From contig CAXHJY010001246.1 in assembly GCA_964016885.1 (NCBI GenBank), positions 21,283 to 85,282 of the forward strand: 64,000 bases of DNA, read 5' to 3'. The stretch comes from Eledone cirrhosa. Taxonomy: Eukaryota. Positions within the stretch are counted from its first letter, which is position 1. The number at the start of each line of letters is the position of its first letter. This document shows positions 1 to 16,210 of the stretch, piece by piece. The position numbers and the translations under genes are program-made. A model generated the notes under the pieces. The model did no database searches. It saw only the letters and a list, made by a program, of their open reading frames with translations, and had not been told where the DNA came from.

Positions 1-118
1 TGTTTCTACTTTTGGCACAAGGCCAGGAATTACTCTCCCAGTATATTACTGGTACTATATTTTATCCACCCCGTAAGGATAAAAGGCAAAGTTAACTACA
101 GCGGGATTTGCACACTGA
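1..118 (-). mobile_element. tRNA-derived SINE family A, partial copy
   Basis: Matches the reverse complement of the body and tail of the full copy at 8649-8850 (ccgtaaggat.aaaggcaaagttaac; ggcacaaggccag). Confidence 0.8.
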
Positions 119-335
119 AGTTAACATTAATAATAGTGTAGGTTCTAACGTAGGTACAAGGCCAGCTATTTTCTGTGTGTGAGGAAGAGGAAGAGATGCC
201 TAAGGTTCGGTTTCAGGTACGAGTTGTATGTATGTACGTATGTATAGGTGTATGTATGATTATATTTACGTATGCATAAGTATATGTATATATGTCTCTC
301 TCTATATATGTATGTATAAGTATATATATGTCTGT

Positions 336-1975
<1,640 letters not shown>

Positions 1976-2008
1976 ATATATGTATATATATGTATATATA
2001 TATATATA

Positions 2009-2081
<73 letters not shown>

Positions 2082-2521
2082 ATGTATTATGTGTATGTGT
2101 CAAAATAATGTAATTGTCTAAACAAATACTTAAAAAATATGGAAGGTGATGTCAAATACAGATAAGTTTCAAGTTTCCTTTGATTAGAGTTAATTTCACA
2201 TGTTGCTATTGTTATTGGTGTTGTTGTTGGTGGTGTTATTGTTGTTGTTGTCCTTCTTCATCTTCTTTTTCTTCTTCTTTTTCTTTTTCTTTTTCTTCTT
2301 CTGTCACTAATTAAATCAATAATAAGTATATTACCTAATCAACAACTATTCTTGTAGAAACAAACATGTATTTTATGTATGTATGTATGTATGTATGTAT
2401 GTATGTATGTATGTATGTATGTATGTATGTATGTATGTATGTATGTATGTATGTATATATATATATATGTATGTATATATGTATGTATGTATGTATATAT
2501 ATATATATATATGTATGTATG

Positions 2522-4460
2522 AATGTGTTCTGGTTTTATAATTTCACAAATTTTTTCCCAATAGAGAAAGAGTCGGTTTCTAACATAGACACAAGACTCT
2601 TTCATTGGAATTTACACAACATCAACTAGGTAGATATGTATGTATGCATGCATGTGTAGATATGGATGTTATTGTATGTGTGGATGTGTATGTTTTGAGT
2701 TGTATGTGTGCATGTGTATATGCTTTGTATCTGTACATGTGTATATGCAGTTATCAGATGCAACATTTTTGGAATGTTTTATATATTTTTACTGTTCCAT
2801 TAATGGATTGTACTTGTAGTTTCCTACCTAGTTGTGTTCTTTCTGTTCCTGTGAAGCCTAGCTTCTCAAGATTTGTATTGAGACAGTTACTAACATATCC
2901 CAGTGCCCCAATAATCACAGGCATAAATCTGAAGGTGTAATCAGGGTGGAGTATCTGCAGATTTCTCATCAGTTCTGCATAAATATTCTCCTTTTCACTA
3001 ATCTTTGATATTATATTGCCATCTGCTGGGCAGCTAACTTCCACTACTGTGCATGCTTTCTTCTCCCTGTCCCATATCATAATATCTGGTCTGTTATGCC
3101 TGCATTTTATTGGGGTTTTGACTGGAACATTCCACCAGTACTCTTTCATATTATGTACATGTATGTCTTCCACATTGCTGTAGCTTTTAATGTGTTTATT
3201 ATCGGGGCTATCTTTTTTAGGGATTGCATTGTACAGTGTTTTGGCCACTACAACATGCCTCATAGGTAGATAATAGCGCGATGACATCTTTGGACAGCTG
3301 CTGATGACATGGGTGATATCTTCGATGTTAGTTCTGCAGAGTCTGCACTTGTTATGACATCTAGGTGTTTTGCCTGCATCCCTATCTCTTTTGTGAATCA
3401 GGTATTTCGTGTTAATTTCCTGTTCTTGGATTGTAAAAGCGTATCCTTCAAAGTGGGAGCCAATATAGCGGTTGTTGGTCTAAGATAGACTACTTTCCTT
3501 ATTTCTATTACTCTCACTCTGGAGCTTCCTGGAAACATATCCATGCCTGATTTTTTGTTGTTGGTTTTTCATCCATGGATTCACTGCGATACTGCTGAGC
3601 GACTTTCCTGGGTGTGAGTTTTTTGATTATCACACAGGGAACATATCTCGAGGAGTTCCTTCCCAACTCTCATGATCTTATCTGTTTCATGCAGATAGAT
3701 TTGCTCGAGAGACGGGCTCCTACGCTTCGAGGTTCGTAGATGTTGTCGGAGAGATATGATGCGACATTCAAATGTTGTCTGGATTGATGTTAGGCCTCTG
3801 CCTCCCTGCTTACGTTTCAAGTAAAGGCGGTCTATGTCACTGTTGATGGAGACGTTTCCGGTGTTGTTCAGTATTTTTCGAGTTCCAACATCAACTGCTC
3901 GCATTTCGTCTATCGTCCAATTGAGTATTCCAAACGTTGGTGTTAGGACAGACACAGCAAACACATTGTGAGCCACTGTTTTGTTTTGCGCAGAGAGTTC
4001 CGATTACCAAATCTTTCTTAATCGGGTGTAGTATTCCCTGGTTACACGTTCCTTATTACAGATACCATGATAGGATATGTTCTCATCTATCCCCAGTTAT
4101 CTCTAGCAGTCCTCATCAGATATTGATGAAACAGTTAGGTCATTGATACAAATGTTGCTAGATTGGGTTGTTGTTTTTCCCCGCTTTACAGTCATATATG
4201 AGCATTTATCTTGGCCAAACTCCATTCCTATATCCTTTGAGAACGTTGTAACCAGGTCAAGATTTTTCTTCATCCCATCCATTTTCTTGGCATAGAGTTT
4301 CAAATCATCCACAAAGAAATTATGGGTTATGTATCCTTCACATTTCTTGAGAAGAAAGGGATTTAATGACAGGATGAATAATATCATAGAGAGACTGTCT
4401 CCCTGAAATATACCCGTGCGTTATTTTATTTTATCAGTGAAAATAGAATCTTATCTATTC
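2522..4460 (-). mobile_element. R4/Dong-like non-LTR retrotransposon (RLE class), 5'-truncated and disrupted
   Basis: RT motifs GIFQGDSLS and FFVDDLKLY; thumb region RLYLKRKQGGRGL; CCHC knuckle (CRLC..H....C); restriction-like endonuclease RPDIMIWDREKKACTVVEVSCP. The 3' end runs into (TACA)n. Confidence 0.9.
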
Positions 4461-5143
4461 CATAACCAAGATTATACCGCTTGGATCTATTATGATATAA
4501 CATTATCATCATCATTATAATTATAACTATAATTGTCATCATCTATCAAAGAACAACATCAAAACCTCTTATATTTACATTCTTATTTTATATATATATA
4601 TTTTCACTCTTTATCTTAATGTCTCTCCCTAAATTTATCTCATATCTGTCATTCTATTTTATCATATAATATAACTTAAAACTAATTAATTTATTTATTT
4701 ATTAAAATAACCAATTCACACTTAAATATATTTAACATTACCATATTTTCACCATTTTTTCATAAATTTTTTATATATATATATTTTTATTTTTATTTAT
4801 ATTTATTTACGCATTAACCTTTATTCATCTATTTGTCCCTCTATCCTTCTTCTCTTCTCTCTATCATACGTATATTCTTATTTACGTTTGTCTCTCATCT
4901 ATATACCATCATATTCTATATATCTTTATATTTCTATCTATAATAATTTCTCCTTTTCTTCTTCTTTCTCTTTTTTTTTCTTTTTCCTTCTTCTTTTTCC
5001 TTCCTTTCCTTTCTTTCTTTACAGTATCTATCTCCCTTTCTTTCTCCTTTTCTCCTTTTCTCGCTATATCTTTATTATTAATATTATTATTGATGATGTA
5101 ATTTGAATTTGTAAATTTACCGGTTACACATATATGTTTTGAT

Positions 5144-5253
5144 CAGTTTCCGATGATTTAGTAGAGTTAACATCGTATTTAAAATTGAGTGGCACTGCTT
5201 TTAGTGTTCAGCTATTTTTAGACAACTCTATCAGTGAAACAATTGTTAGACTG
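5144..5253 (+). ncRNA. Hammerhead ribozyme-like motif (type I, variant core) in a PLE-type pLTR
   Basis: cagttt-CCGATGA-stem II (tagagtt/aactcta)-GAAAC-aatt-GTT-agactg. Stem III is palindromic. Core has U4>C and a GUU triplet. Confidence 0.5.
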
Positions 5254-5314
5254 AAAATTAATCCCCCTTTTTTGTACTGTTGACCATGTTATTCTCCACT
5301 TTTTCAATTATATA

Positions 5315-5378
<64 letters not shown>

Positions 5379-5670
5379 GAAAGTGAACAACAGTGAGTGA
5401 ATGAAAGAGATACAAGAGGTTAAACATATCTTTAGATATGTTTTAACGGCCTGTAACTCTTTCATTTACTCATTCTTTTGCTTATTCCAGCTCTGCTTAA
5501 TCTTTACACTAAATATTAACTTTCTCTAATATTTAACCCTGATAACCCAAACATTGAGCACACTACGCATCTGCTTTTGGCATGTAACATTCTGTATCCC
5601 CCCACTTTCTACCTCTCCATTCTATCCTCTCGTACGATACAATAACCCTATTATTATTATTATTATTATT

Positions 5671-6160
5671 GTTCTTTGAGTCTCAGTTTATTGATGTTGG
5701 TTAACTGGAAAGTTTGTTGAAATGAATATCAAGCCACTACCTGCAGCCTCAGATATTCATGACGTATTGGAGGGTTCTTGTTGTTCCCAGCAAGCATGCC
5801 TTTTGAAGTGTTCCAAAAAGCGAGGCGGGGTCAATTTTCTTTAACTGGAAACTCTTTGAGATAGTACCTAGTGCGCCTATGACAATCGGGACCACTTTGA
5901 CTTCATAGCAGTTCCAAATCCTTTTTACCTCCCACTTTAAGTCCTGGTATCGGTTAATTTTCTCCCTCTCCTTCTCTTGCACTCTCGTGTCGAATGGGCA
6001 GGCCACATCCACAATCTGGCACGATCTTTTTTCCTTGTCCAAAACCACCAGATCAGGGCTAATGTGTTCCAGTTTCTTGTCCGTCTGTATCCTAAAATCC
6101 CATAGCACCTTCACCTGACCATTTTCTATCACCGACTCTGGCTTATGCTCATACCACTTC
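5671..6160 (-). mobile_element. R4/Dong-like LINE 3' end (RLE domain) in a (TAA)n tract
   Basis: ORF 5749-6132: VLWDFRIQTDKKLEHISPDLVVLDKEKRSCQIVDVACP...YQDLKWEVKRIW...PIVIGALG. Flanked on both sides by (TTA)n. Confidence 0.9.
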
Positions 6161-6191
<31 letters not shown>

Positions 6192-7387
6192 GCAGTTGCA
6201 TTTATCTTGCTTTATGTTCATACGAGTTATCACCAAGTCACAACCAGTGACCTCAAGAGACAACAAGGTCCGCCATGTTCAAGAAAGAACATACATCTTT
6301 AGTGTTTAGACTTGTGATGTACTTATATTGACAGAATCTTCCTTAGTATATGGGCAGTTCCCATTAGTACTTAGTATTTTGTATTTCTCCTATACGCGGG
6401 TTTCCTGGGATTTGCGATAAGTAATCATTAGACCCCTTAGGTATCATTCCCAGAGCGCCCACAACCACTGGTATTGTTTTAGTTCTCAATTTCCACATTT
6501 TTCCCAATTTCTATCTCCAGGTCCTTATACTTGCTCACTTTTTCAAATGTTTTTATAGATACATTCTTGTTTATTGGAACGGACATATCAATTAGCTGGC
6601 ATACCCTCTTTTTAAAGTCCTTCAATATTATACCAGATCTATTTGCATCTATTTTTCGATCTGTTTGGATGCTAAAGTTCCACAAGATTGAGATGTGATC
6701 TTTTTCAAGTATGGGAGGTGGTTGATGCTCCCACCAATTCTTTTGATGGGGCAGGTCAAAATGCTTACACATTATCCAATGTATGTATTGTGCAGCTCTG
6801 TCATGCCTGTTTAGGTATTCGGTTGGAGCTATAGGACTGCACATTGAAATTATATGGTCAATGGTCTCTGGTTGTTTTTTGCATACACGGCATAATGGGC
6901 TGCATCCATTTTTTATTATGTTGGCTTGGTAATTTTTTGTTGGCAGACACTGATCTTGTGCTGATATAATCAGTCCTTCAGTCTCCGATTTCAGTCCAGA
7001 GGATGCCAACCACTGATGGGTTAAAGTTTTGTCAACATCAGGATTATTAGCTCGTTCTGGGTATTTTCCATACAGAGGCTTTTCTTGCCATTTCTTAGCC
7101 AGTTTCTGTAGCAGTTCTTTCACCTGCTTTGCTTTTTCTGTGTTTTCCATTTCAGCAGTAAATTTGTAGTCTGAAATTTGTAGTCCATTACTGTATCTTT
7201 GTGCATCTTTTGTAATGGAATATGATCTTTTGATGCTTTCGTGTTTCAAAACGAGTTTGATCATCCAATCATGTGATTCCCTTAGATATGTAGATAATCC
7301 AATTGTTGCAGTTTTCAACGCAATGTCTAACTGGACTAACCCACGTCCTCCTTCTTTCCTAGGGAGATATATTCTATCTATATCTGC

Positions 7388-7388
<1 letters not shown>
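6192..7388 (-). mobile_element. R4/Dong-like LINE 3' portion (zinc knuckle plus RLE) in a (TAA)n tract
   Basis: ORF 6479-7318: ETEGLIISAQDQ, CRVCKKQPETIDHIISMC, YLNRHD, ILWNFSIQTDRKIDANR, KYKDLEIEI. Bounded by (TTA)n at 6161-6191 and 7388-7434. Confidence 0.9.
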
Positions 7389-7436
<48 letters not shown>

Positions 7437-7636
7437 GAGCGGTGGATTGGCAGTATCGGTAGAGAGTCGGATGGCATGGTTTCCAGCATAGTTATGTCCC
7501 TTTACAGACTGAGTTCAAATCCCGCCAAGGTTAACTTTTTCCTTTCATCCTTACGGGGTCGATAAAATAAAGTACCAGTAATGCACTGGGATAATTGCTG
7601 GCCTTGTGCCAAAAGTAGAAACAATTATTATTATTA
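7437..7636 (+). mobile_element. SINE family A, full length
   Basis: tRNA-like head with A box (tggcagtatcggtag) and B box (gagttcaaatcc); core cctttcatccttacggggtcgataaaataaagtaccag; (TTA)n tail. Confidence 0.9.
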
Positions 7637-7943
7637 ATATTTGAAATTAAGGAATGTCTTTGTGGTCACTCTGTATATAAGCTGCAAGTAGTAGTTTCCT
7701 GTTATACAACAGACCTACCTCTCCTCCACTAACTCCGCCTTCTCCTCCCGTCCTACAATACTTATCCTACTGCGCTACTCCCATATAACATTATAGATGT
7801 CATACATTTTCAAAAGCTCCTCAATAGAGTTTTAAAGAATTGATAGTAAGTAAACTAATTAGATTGTTGTCTTGAATTACTTTACCTTAATTAACTCCTC
7901 CCCTCGCTTTCCATATATATATATATATATTTGTGTGTGTGTG

Positions 7944-8014
<71 letters not shown>

Positions 8015-8053
8015 AAATATATACATAAATTCAAACACACACACATACATACA

Positions 8054-8103
<50 letters not shown>

Positions 8104-8648
8104 CACACACACGCACATATATATATATATGTGTGTGTGTGTGTATATATATATATATTCTTCCTAATATCTTCGCAGTTTTAAAGAAAATAATTAGTCA
8201 AACGCAATTTTTAACAGATATTATTATTCAGGATTGCCAATTATGTTTGAAACAACAACAACAACAATAAGAACAGCAACAACAACAACATCAGCAATAT
8301 ATACTAACGGCTAAAGAACCAAAAAAAGAAAATATTCAAATATCATTAGAAAATCCTATTTTAAAATGGAGCCACGTTGACGATATTTGTGGTGCACTTA
8401 ACTTAACAGTTATTCTCCAAGAATGAAGAACGTCTTCATAAAGTATTAATTAGTGTTAATTTCAGTCTGCAATATGTCGGCTTGTTAAGTTTACGGCGTC
8501 AAAGCAATTGTTTTTCGTAATCAATGTAACAGATACAATATTGCTATTATCAGCATATATTAGACGCCCGAGTCTACGTTGTCCGTCTCCTTAATTCTCA
8601 GGAATAAATAGACCAACAAATAAAGAGCATTATTATAGCAATAATATT

Positions 8649-8850
8649 GGCGGCGGATTGGCAGTGTCGGTAGAGGGTTGGACGCCATGCTTTGACGCAT
8701 AGAGTCACAGCCCTTGCCATTCTGAGTTCAAATCCCACCGAGGTTAACTTTGCCTTTCATCCTTACGGGGTCGATAAAATAAAGTACCAGTAATGCACTG
8801 GGTAATTGCTGGCCTTGTGCCAAACGTAGAAACAATTATTATTATTATTA
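8649..8850 (+). mobile_element. SINE family A, full length
   Basis: ggcggcggattggcagtgtcggtag head, B box gagttcaaatcc, same core and (TTA)n tail as the other copies. Confidence 0.9.
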
Positions 8851-9242
8851 TAAGAATATTATATCAAAAACATTAATTACAGGAGAGTACATGCAATATA
8901 TTTTAAGAAAATGGTGTAGTGAAAGCATACATGTAGGTATTATCAATTATAAATATCAAAGGAAATATTGATTTTAGGCAAAAAGCTTTATAATATTAGT
9001 CAACCTGTTCAGGCAGTAGAATATATTGTCTATAGATAAAAACATGGAAGCATTGAGTACAGAATTGTAAAGTTGAAACAGATACAGTAAAAAAACATAT
9101 AATCCAAAAATATGGAGTTTAAGATTTTTTCTTTAAGGTTATGGTACCAGTTAGAGTACCAATTCGATGTCCTTGAGGTTCTGTCATACCAGATGTTTCA
9201 ATTCCATATATATAATCAATATTATCACTTAAAAACAGTAAA

Positions 9243-9503
9243 TAATTGTTTCTATTTTTGGCACAAGGCCAGCAACTATTCCAGTGTATTACTGGTACTT
9301 TATTTTATCGACTCCGTAAGGATGAAAGGCAAAGTTAACCTCGGCCGGATTTGAACTCAGACCACAAAGGGCCATAACTCTATGCTGCAAAGCAAAGTGT
9401 CTGACCCTCTACCGATCCTGCCAAACCACCGCCCTAAACAGTAAATAATTGTTTCTACTTTTTGGCACAGGGCCAACAATAACCAGTGCATTACTGGTAC
9501 TTT
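9243..9503 (-). mobile_element. SINE family A, full copy (9243-9433) plus duplicated tail fragment
   Basis: Reverse complement of 8649-8850. The tail and its flank aaacagtaaataattgtttcta are repeated at 9436-9503. Confidence 0.88.
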
Positions 9504-9734
9504 ATATAAGTTTTTTCTATTCTCAACTTATTAACCTGTAATTGTAAGATAGCATTGTGATTTCTTTATTCATTTCTCACTATCTAATTTTATATATTTT
9601 TTATATCTTTCTAGTATCTTTTATTGTCTCCTACTCTCATTCGATTTACCTATTCTATAACCTCTCTCCCCCACTTCATACACTATCCTCAGAATCTGCT
9701 GTATACATATCACTTTCAACGCTTGATCAATTAA

Positions 9735-9787
9735 ATTTTATTATACATATTTCGGAGGTACAACAGTACGTCCTCATCAGACAAAAT
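9735..9787 (-). ncRNA. Minimal type-I hammerhead ribozyme motif
   Basis: Minus strand: attttgt-CTGATGA-ggacgtac tgtt gtacctcc-GAAA-tatgta-TA-ataaaat. Stems I and II pair; AUA cleavage triplet. Confidence 0.7.
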
Positions 9788-9944
9788 ATAATGATACATG
9801 ACATACCCTGAGATGTTAAATCGTTAAGATTTAATATTTGTATTTAAATATTAATAACACTGGAAAATAAAAAAAATCTGTAGAGTGCTTCCAATCTACT
9901 GTAAAACTCATTCTTTGATATAATCATTGAATCTTGTTTAACTC

Positions 9945-10052
<108 letters not shown>

Positions 10053-10971
10053 TATATATATGTATATACAGACACACATATAGACCCCTCCCCGATGTAT
10101 GTATAGTTTTCCTTCTGCTGTAACACGCGTGTCCAATCATATCATTTGATGCTATGTAAAAGCCACGACAAATCCTGGGTTCCTGAATGACTAATATATA
10201 TATATACATACACACATATATACATATATATATACATATATAAATATATACATGTATATATATATATGTATATATACATATTATACACATATATATATAC
10301 ATATATATATATATATACATATTGATATATCTATACATATATATAGGTATGTGTGTCTATTATTCCCTATTATTTCGGCAACAAATAACACTATTCAGGA
10401 ATACAAATATGATACATAAACAACACGGCATGGTACCATCTAATATATGCATTTATGAATAATACCTTTTGTTGCTGATCGATTTAAATAGAAGTTGATC
10501 TGGACATTATTCATTCACCAAGTCTTTCTGTTTTACATGACATTGTAGCTCTATTTTCTTAACAGAGCTACACTGCTAGAAACAGCAGTCAAGTACCATT
10601 TCCTTCGGAACACATCTCATACAATTTGAATATAAAAAGATTTGTTATTCCTACTCAGCTCACAAGATTCTGTATCTGTCGTTTCTCATCTATTATTTAT
10701 ATTGTAGGATTAGTATTACAGTTCCTTTCAGCGTTTGGAAAGAATCTCCTTCTCTCTCACCCTCTCTCTCTCTCTAAATATCCGGGACGGCTTGGGGATG
10801 TGTACACCTCGTAGCCGCCGAAAATGGGTGCGAATGCCCGTGCCTCGGAGATTCTGGTCTTGCTTATGGCCACCACATCTATGTTTTTTCTCATACCCTC
10901 TCTCTCTCTCTTTTCTCCGTCTCTCACTCATACCCCACTCTCTCTCTTCCTCTACAATATGGAGAACAATA

Positions 10972-11282
10972 AACAAACAAACAGCCCGAATTACGCCGTA
11001 CAGTGTTTAGGCAACCACGTCACCTTTTTGTTCAACACTGGCACGGGAACGATGTTCTAGTTTCAAGCTTATTAGCTATCGTCAGCATCGTATACCTTCC
11101 TGCAGATGGTTGAACGTCTGAAAGTATATACTTTCCTTATGCATAATAACGGCTGAACAGCCTAATTTGCATATCGAGTGAGTTCAGTTGGCCGGGCACA
11201 CCGAAAACGATAAATGGAATAGAATGAAACGAAATTTCATTTCTCACTCTTAGTACGGCACTTACTTAAATGTAAGTATGTA
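10972..11282. repeat. Unclassified interspersed repeat, also present at 43520-43989
   Basis: High similarity over about 300 bp to 43759-43989 and 43520-43635, e.g. gtttcaagcttattagctatcgtcagca and atttgcatatcgagtgagtt. Confidence 0.85.
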
Positions 11283-11589
11283 TAATAAAGGGCCGTAACT
11301 CTATGCCTCAAAGCATGTCGTCCGACTCTCTAACGATACTGCCAATCCACCGCCATTATGTATATAATGAAACAATTTCTTTTAACCATTGTAAGAAATA
11401 AAAAATGATTTACGAAGTAAACAAGACTTTCTTAATCAGATCTGATGTGGAACTAATGTCATGTTTTGCTTCAATATACTTTAAAATTCTTCTTTAAATA
11501 TATTAGATATATAATATTTCTATTAACATCGCTATTCTGCATCCATTGAATTATGGTGTGATTTCATTTGTTTACTGATGGATTTTATA

Positions 11590-12115
<526 letters not shown>

Positions 12116-12220
12116 GTAAAAGCCACGACAAATCCAGATATATATTTCGTTTTGAGTTTGTTGTTGATGTTGTTTGTTTAACGTAGATATGCTTTGAGGA
12201 TTGTAGATGTATAAGGACAT

Positions 12221-12407
12221 AACTGTTTCTATTTTAGGCACAAGGCCAGCAATTACCCAGTACATTACTGGTACTTTTATTTTATCGACCCCGTAAGGAT
12301 GAAAGGCAAAGTTAACCTCGGCGGGATTTGAACTCAGATCATAAATGGACGTAACTCTATGCTTCAAAGCATGGCGTCCGACTCTCTACCGATACTGCCA
12401 ATCCACA
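12221..12407 (-). mobile_element. SINE family A
   Basis: Reverse-complement match to the family A head, core and tail. Confidence 0.9.
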
Positions 12408-12436
12408 AGAACATAACGTTATCTAGAAAGACTCAC

Positions 12437-12496
<60 letters not shown>

Positions 12497-12563
12497 GTAT
12501 ATATGTATATTTGTATATATGTATATATGTATATATATATATAGGTATGTATATATATATGTA

Positions 12564-12609
<46 letters not shown>

Positions 12610-12628
12610 TATATACATATATATATAG

Positions 12629-12665
<37 letters not shown>

Positions 12666-12934
12666 CATATGTATATATTTACATATAATATGTATATATA
12701 TACACATATATATATATGTATATCAATACCTATGTATTTATCTATCTACCTATATATATATATATACATACATACATATATATATATATACATATATACA
12801 TATATATATACATACCTATATATATATATATACATATATACATATATACTAATATACATATATACCTATATATATATATACATATATACATATATATATA
12901 CATATATACAAATATACATATATACATATATATA

Positions 12935-13044
12935 TATATGAAAGACGTAAAATAAGAAAATTTAAAAAATTAAAAATTAACTTACTTACTATAAGTAAGT
13001 TAATTTTTAATTTTTAAAATATTCTTATTTTACGTCTTTCATAT
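12935..13044. repeat. Fold-back palindrome (about 52-bp arms) abutting (TA)n
   Basis: tatatgaaagacgtaaaataagaa...aacttactta / taagtaagtt...ttcttattttacgtctttcatata. Confidence 0.9.
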
Positions 13045-13157
13045 AATTGTTCTGCATCCCCCTGCATAGAACCACAAAGGTACTAAGACATAACATATCT
13101 ATTTGCTAGCATGGGTATACATCTGTATACATATGTTGGTAGATATACTAATTCTAC

Positions 13158-13214
<57 letters not shown>

Positions 13215-13243
13215 CATACATATATACATACATATATATATAT

Positions 13244-13294
<51 letters not shown>

Positions 13295-13343
13295 CATATA
13301 TACATACATATATATATATATATATACATATATACATATATAC

Positions 13344-13390
<47 letters not shown>

Positions 13391-13395
13391 CATAT

Positions 13396-13426
<31 letters not shown>

Positions 13427-13760
13427 CATATATACATATACATATATATATTACGGATTACTAACTTATCACAAGGAAACTGTCAATTATTCATTTTATT
13501 TAAATTCTAAATCCACAAAACAAAATCTGCCGAATGAAATGAAAACAATACTCTCAAAGAAGCTACACTTAAAACATGTCCTTCAAAACTCGCCAAGCGG
13601 TACATTAGGAGATATTAAATGATATCAAATGTTAAATTTCTATTGAAGATAACGGCTATATAAATTGTAGTTAGATATATATCTGAATCAAGAGTTTCTT
13701 TCTTTTTAAGTATAAAAGAGAAGTTAATGTCATTTGTTTAACGTGAGTGCATGTTTTGGT

Positions 13761-13804
<44 letters not shown>

Positions 13805-13811
13805 GTCGCTG

Positions 13812-13870
<59 letters not shown>

Positions 13871-14389
13871 CTCTCTCACCTTCTCTCTCTATTGTGCCTA
13901 TACTGACCTTGTGCCTATACTAGAAATATTTATTTTCCCCGCCCTCCTTTAAAAAAAAAAAAAAAATCAAACAAACAAACCAAAAGACAGAAACAAAATG
14001 TCTTCTAAGATTCATTATTGAAGACAATAATTGATTTGTTGAAAATTTCTTATTTTCTCTTCTCTATTTCTGGAGATGGTGTGATGGTGATGGTGATGGT
14101 GTGAGGACAATGAATCATCTATCTGTATTTTAAGTCCAAGTAGGAATTGGTAGAATCTGTTGATGGATTGGTACCGACCTAGTGGTAAGGCTGTTGGACA
14201 TAGGTTGATAATTCTTCTCTACTATAGGCACAAGGGCCGAAACTCTATGCTCTGAAACAGGTTTTCTGCCAATTCACCACCATCAATTTTTTGTGGGGGA
14301 GGAGAAAGTCGATTAAATCGACCCCAGTGCATTACTGGTGCTTTATATGTATGTGTGAGAGTATATATATATATATATATATATATTTT

Positions 14390-14960
14390 TCCTAGGGCGG
14401 GTAAAATTCCCGAGATCCCTGGACGAGTTCTCTCCAGCGGTCTCTGTCCCTCATTATCGCTGCCATGTTCTGCATCTCCAACAGACCAGTGTCTGTCCTT
14501 AGGGCATCAACATACGTTAACCTTGGTTTTCCTCTTCCAGTGTGTCCATGTAGGGGCTCCTACAAGAGCACTGAATGCAATGTCAACTCTGGATGTCGGT
14601 GAGCATGTCCAGCTAACCTCAGTCTCCTCTGTGTTACTTTTGAGCTGACTTTTGGGAGGCTCCCATACAGCTCTGAGTTTTTCATCCTCAGTGTATACTG
14701 ATTAATGTTCAGAGCCATCCTCAGCATTCTCGTGTAGCACCCATCCACAATCTGAGTGAGTTTGTTGGTCAGTGTCCAAGTCTCAGACTCCACTACAGCA
14801 ATGAAGAGGCGGATTTTCAGGTCTTTACGAAGGTCCGACTTCCACACCGATCTCAATCTGTGGCACGCCGCCCAGGCTTTGCTCTTCCTCTCAAACACAT
14901 CATCTTCCGTATTCCCAATCTTTGCTCCAGAAATACAGGAAGTCCTCAACCAATTCTAGC
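14390..14960 (-). mobile_element. RTE-like LINE, 3' fragment of RT ORF
   Basis: ORF 14560-14949: KAWAACHRLRSVWKS..LKIRLF..ESETWTLT..DGCYTRMLRMALNI..RRLRLAGHAHRH, typical post-RT region of RTE-clade LINEs. Confidence 0.85.
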
Positions 14961-16135
14961 TTCTCCTTTACCTCTCCCCCTTTTTTTATTTATCTCTTTG
15001 TGAAGTTATATACAGATTTTAATGTATTTTAACATATTGTAAATTTATTTATTTTATTTTATTATCTTATTGTGTTTATATGTGTGTTTTTATGTGTAGA
15101 CCTGTGCGTAAGTATATGTATGTGTGCATGTATGTAGATATATATATATATATATACGTGTGTGTATAGGGGTGTGTATGTGTGCATGTGTACGTATATG
15201 CATGAGTTTATACGTGTGTGTGTGCATGCATGTACATGTATGTACATATGTGGGTGTGTGTACATATATATATATGAGTATATATATATATATATATATA
15301 TATATAGCTGTATCTGGGTATTTGTGTGTATGTTGGTGCGCATGTATGTATGTGTGTGTGTGTATGTATGTATATATGGGTCTCTATATGTATGTGTATT
15401 TGTATATATATATATATGTGTACATCTCACAGGAATGTGTACGGATGGATTATATATTCATTTTATTATGTATTATTTTATCATATATCCATTATATATA
15501 TATATATGTATGTATGAATATGTATGCATATATCTATATATTATATTGTATACTATATTGTTACTTTATTGTATATTGTATATTTATGTATATGTGGAAG
15601 CATGTGTGTGTAAGCAAATATGCATATGTGCATGTATGTGCATGTGGCCGTCCGCGTGCGCATGTATATGTATGTACATGTATATGTGTGTGTATGTATA
15701 TATGTATGTATATATGTGGGTGTGCGTATGCATGTAGAGTTTTATATATATGTGTGTGTATGTATGTGTGTATGTAGTTATGTGTACGTATGTGTATTTC
15801 GTATCTATGTGTATGTATATATATATATTTGTATATAAGGGTATGCGTAGGTATATGTGCGTGCGTATGTGTGTGTATATGTGTATGTTTGTGTGTGTGT
15901 GTGTGTGTGTACACATATAGACATATGTGCGTATAAGTATGTATGTGTATGTGCGTATATACATGTGTATGTGTATATATGTTTGCTTATACATATATGT
16001 ATATGTGTATACGTGTGTGTCTGCATGCGTGTGTATGTGTCTATGTACACACACATATATATATATATACATGGTGTGTGTATCTGTCAGTGGGTGTGTG
16101 TGTGTGTGGGTGCGTACACACACACACACACACAT

Positions 16136-16210
<75 letters not shown>

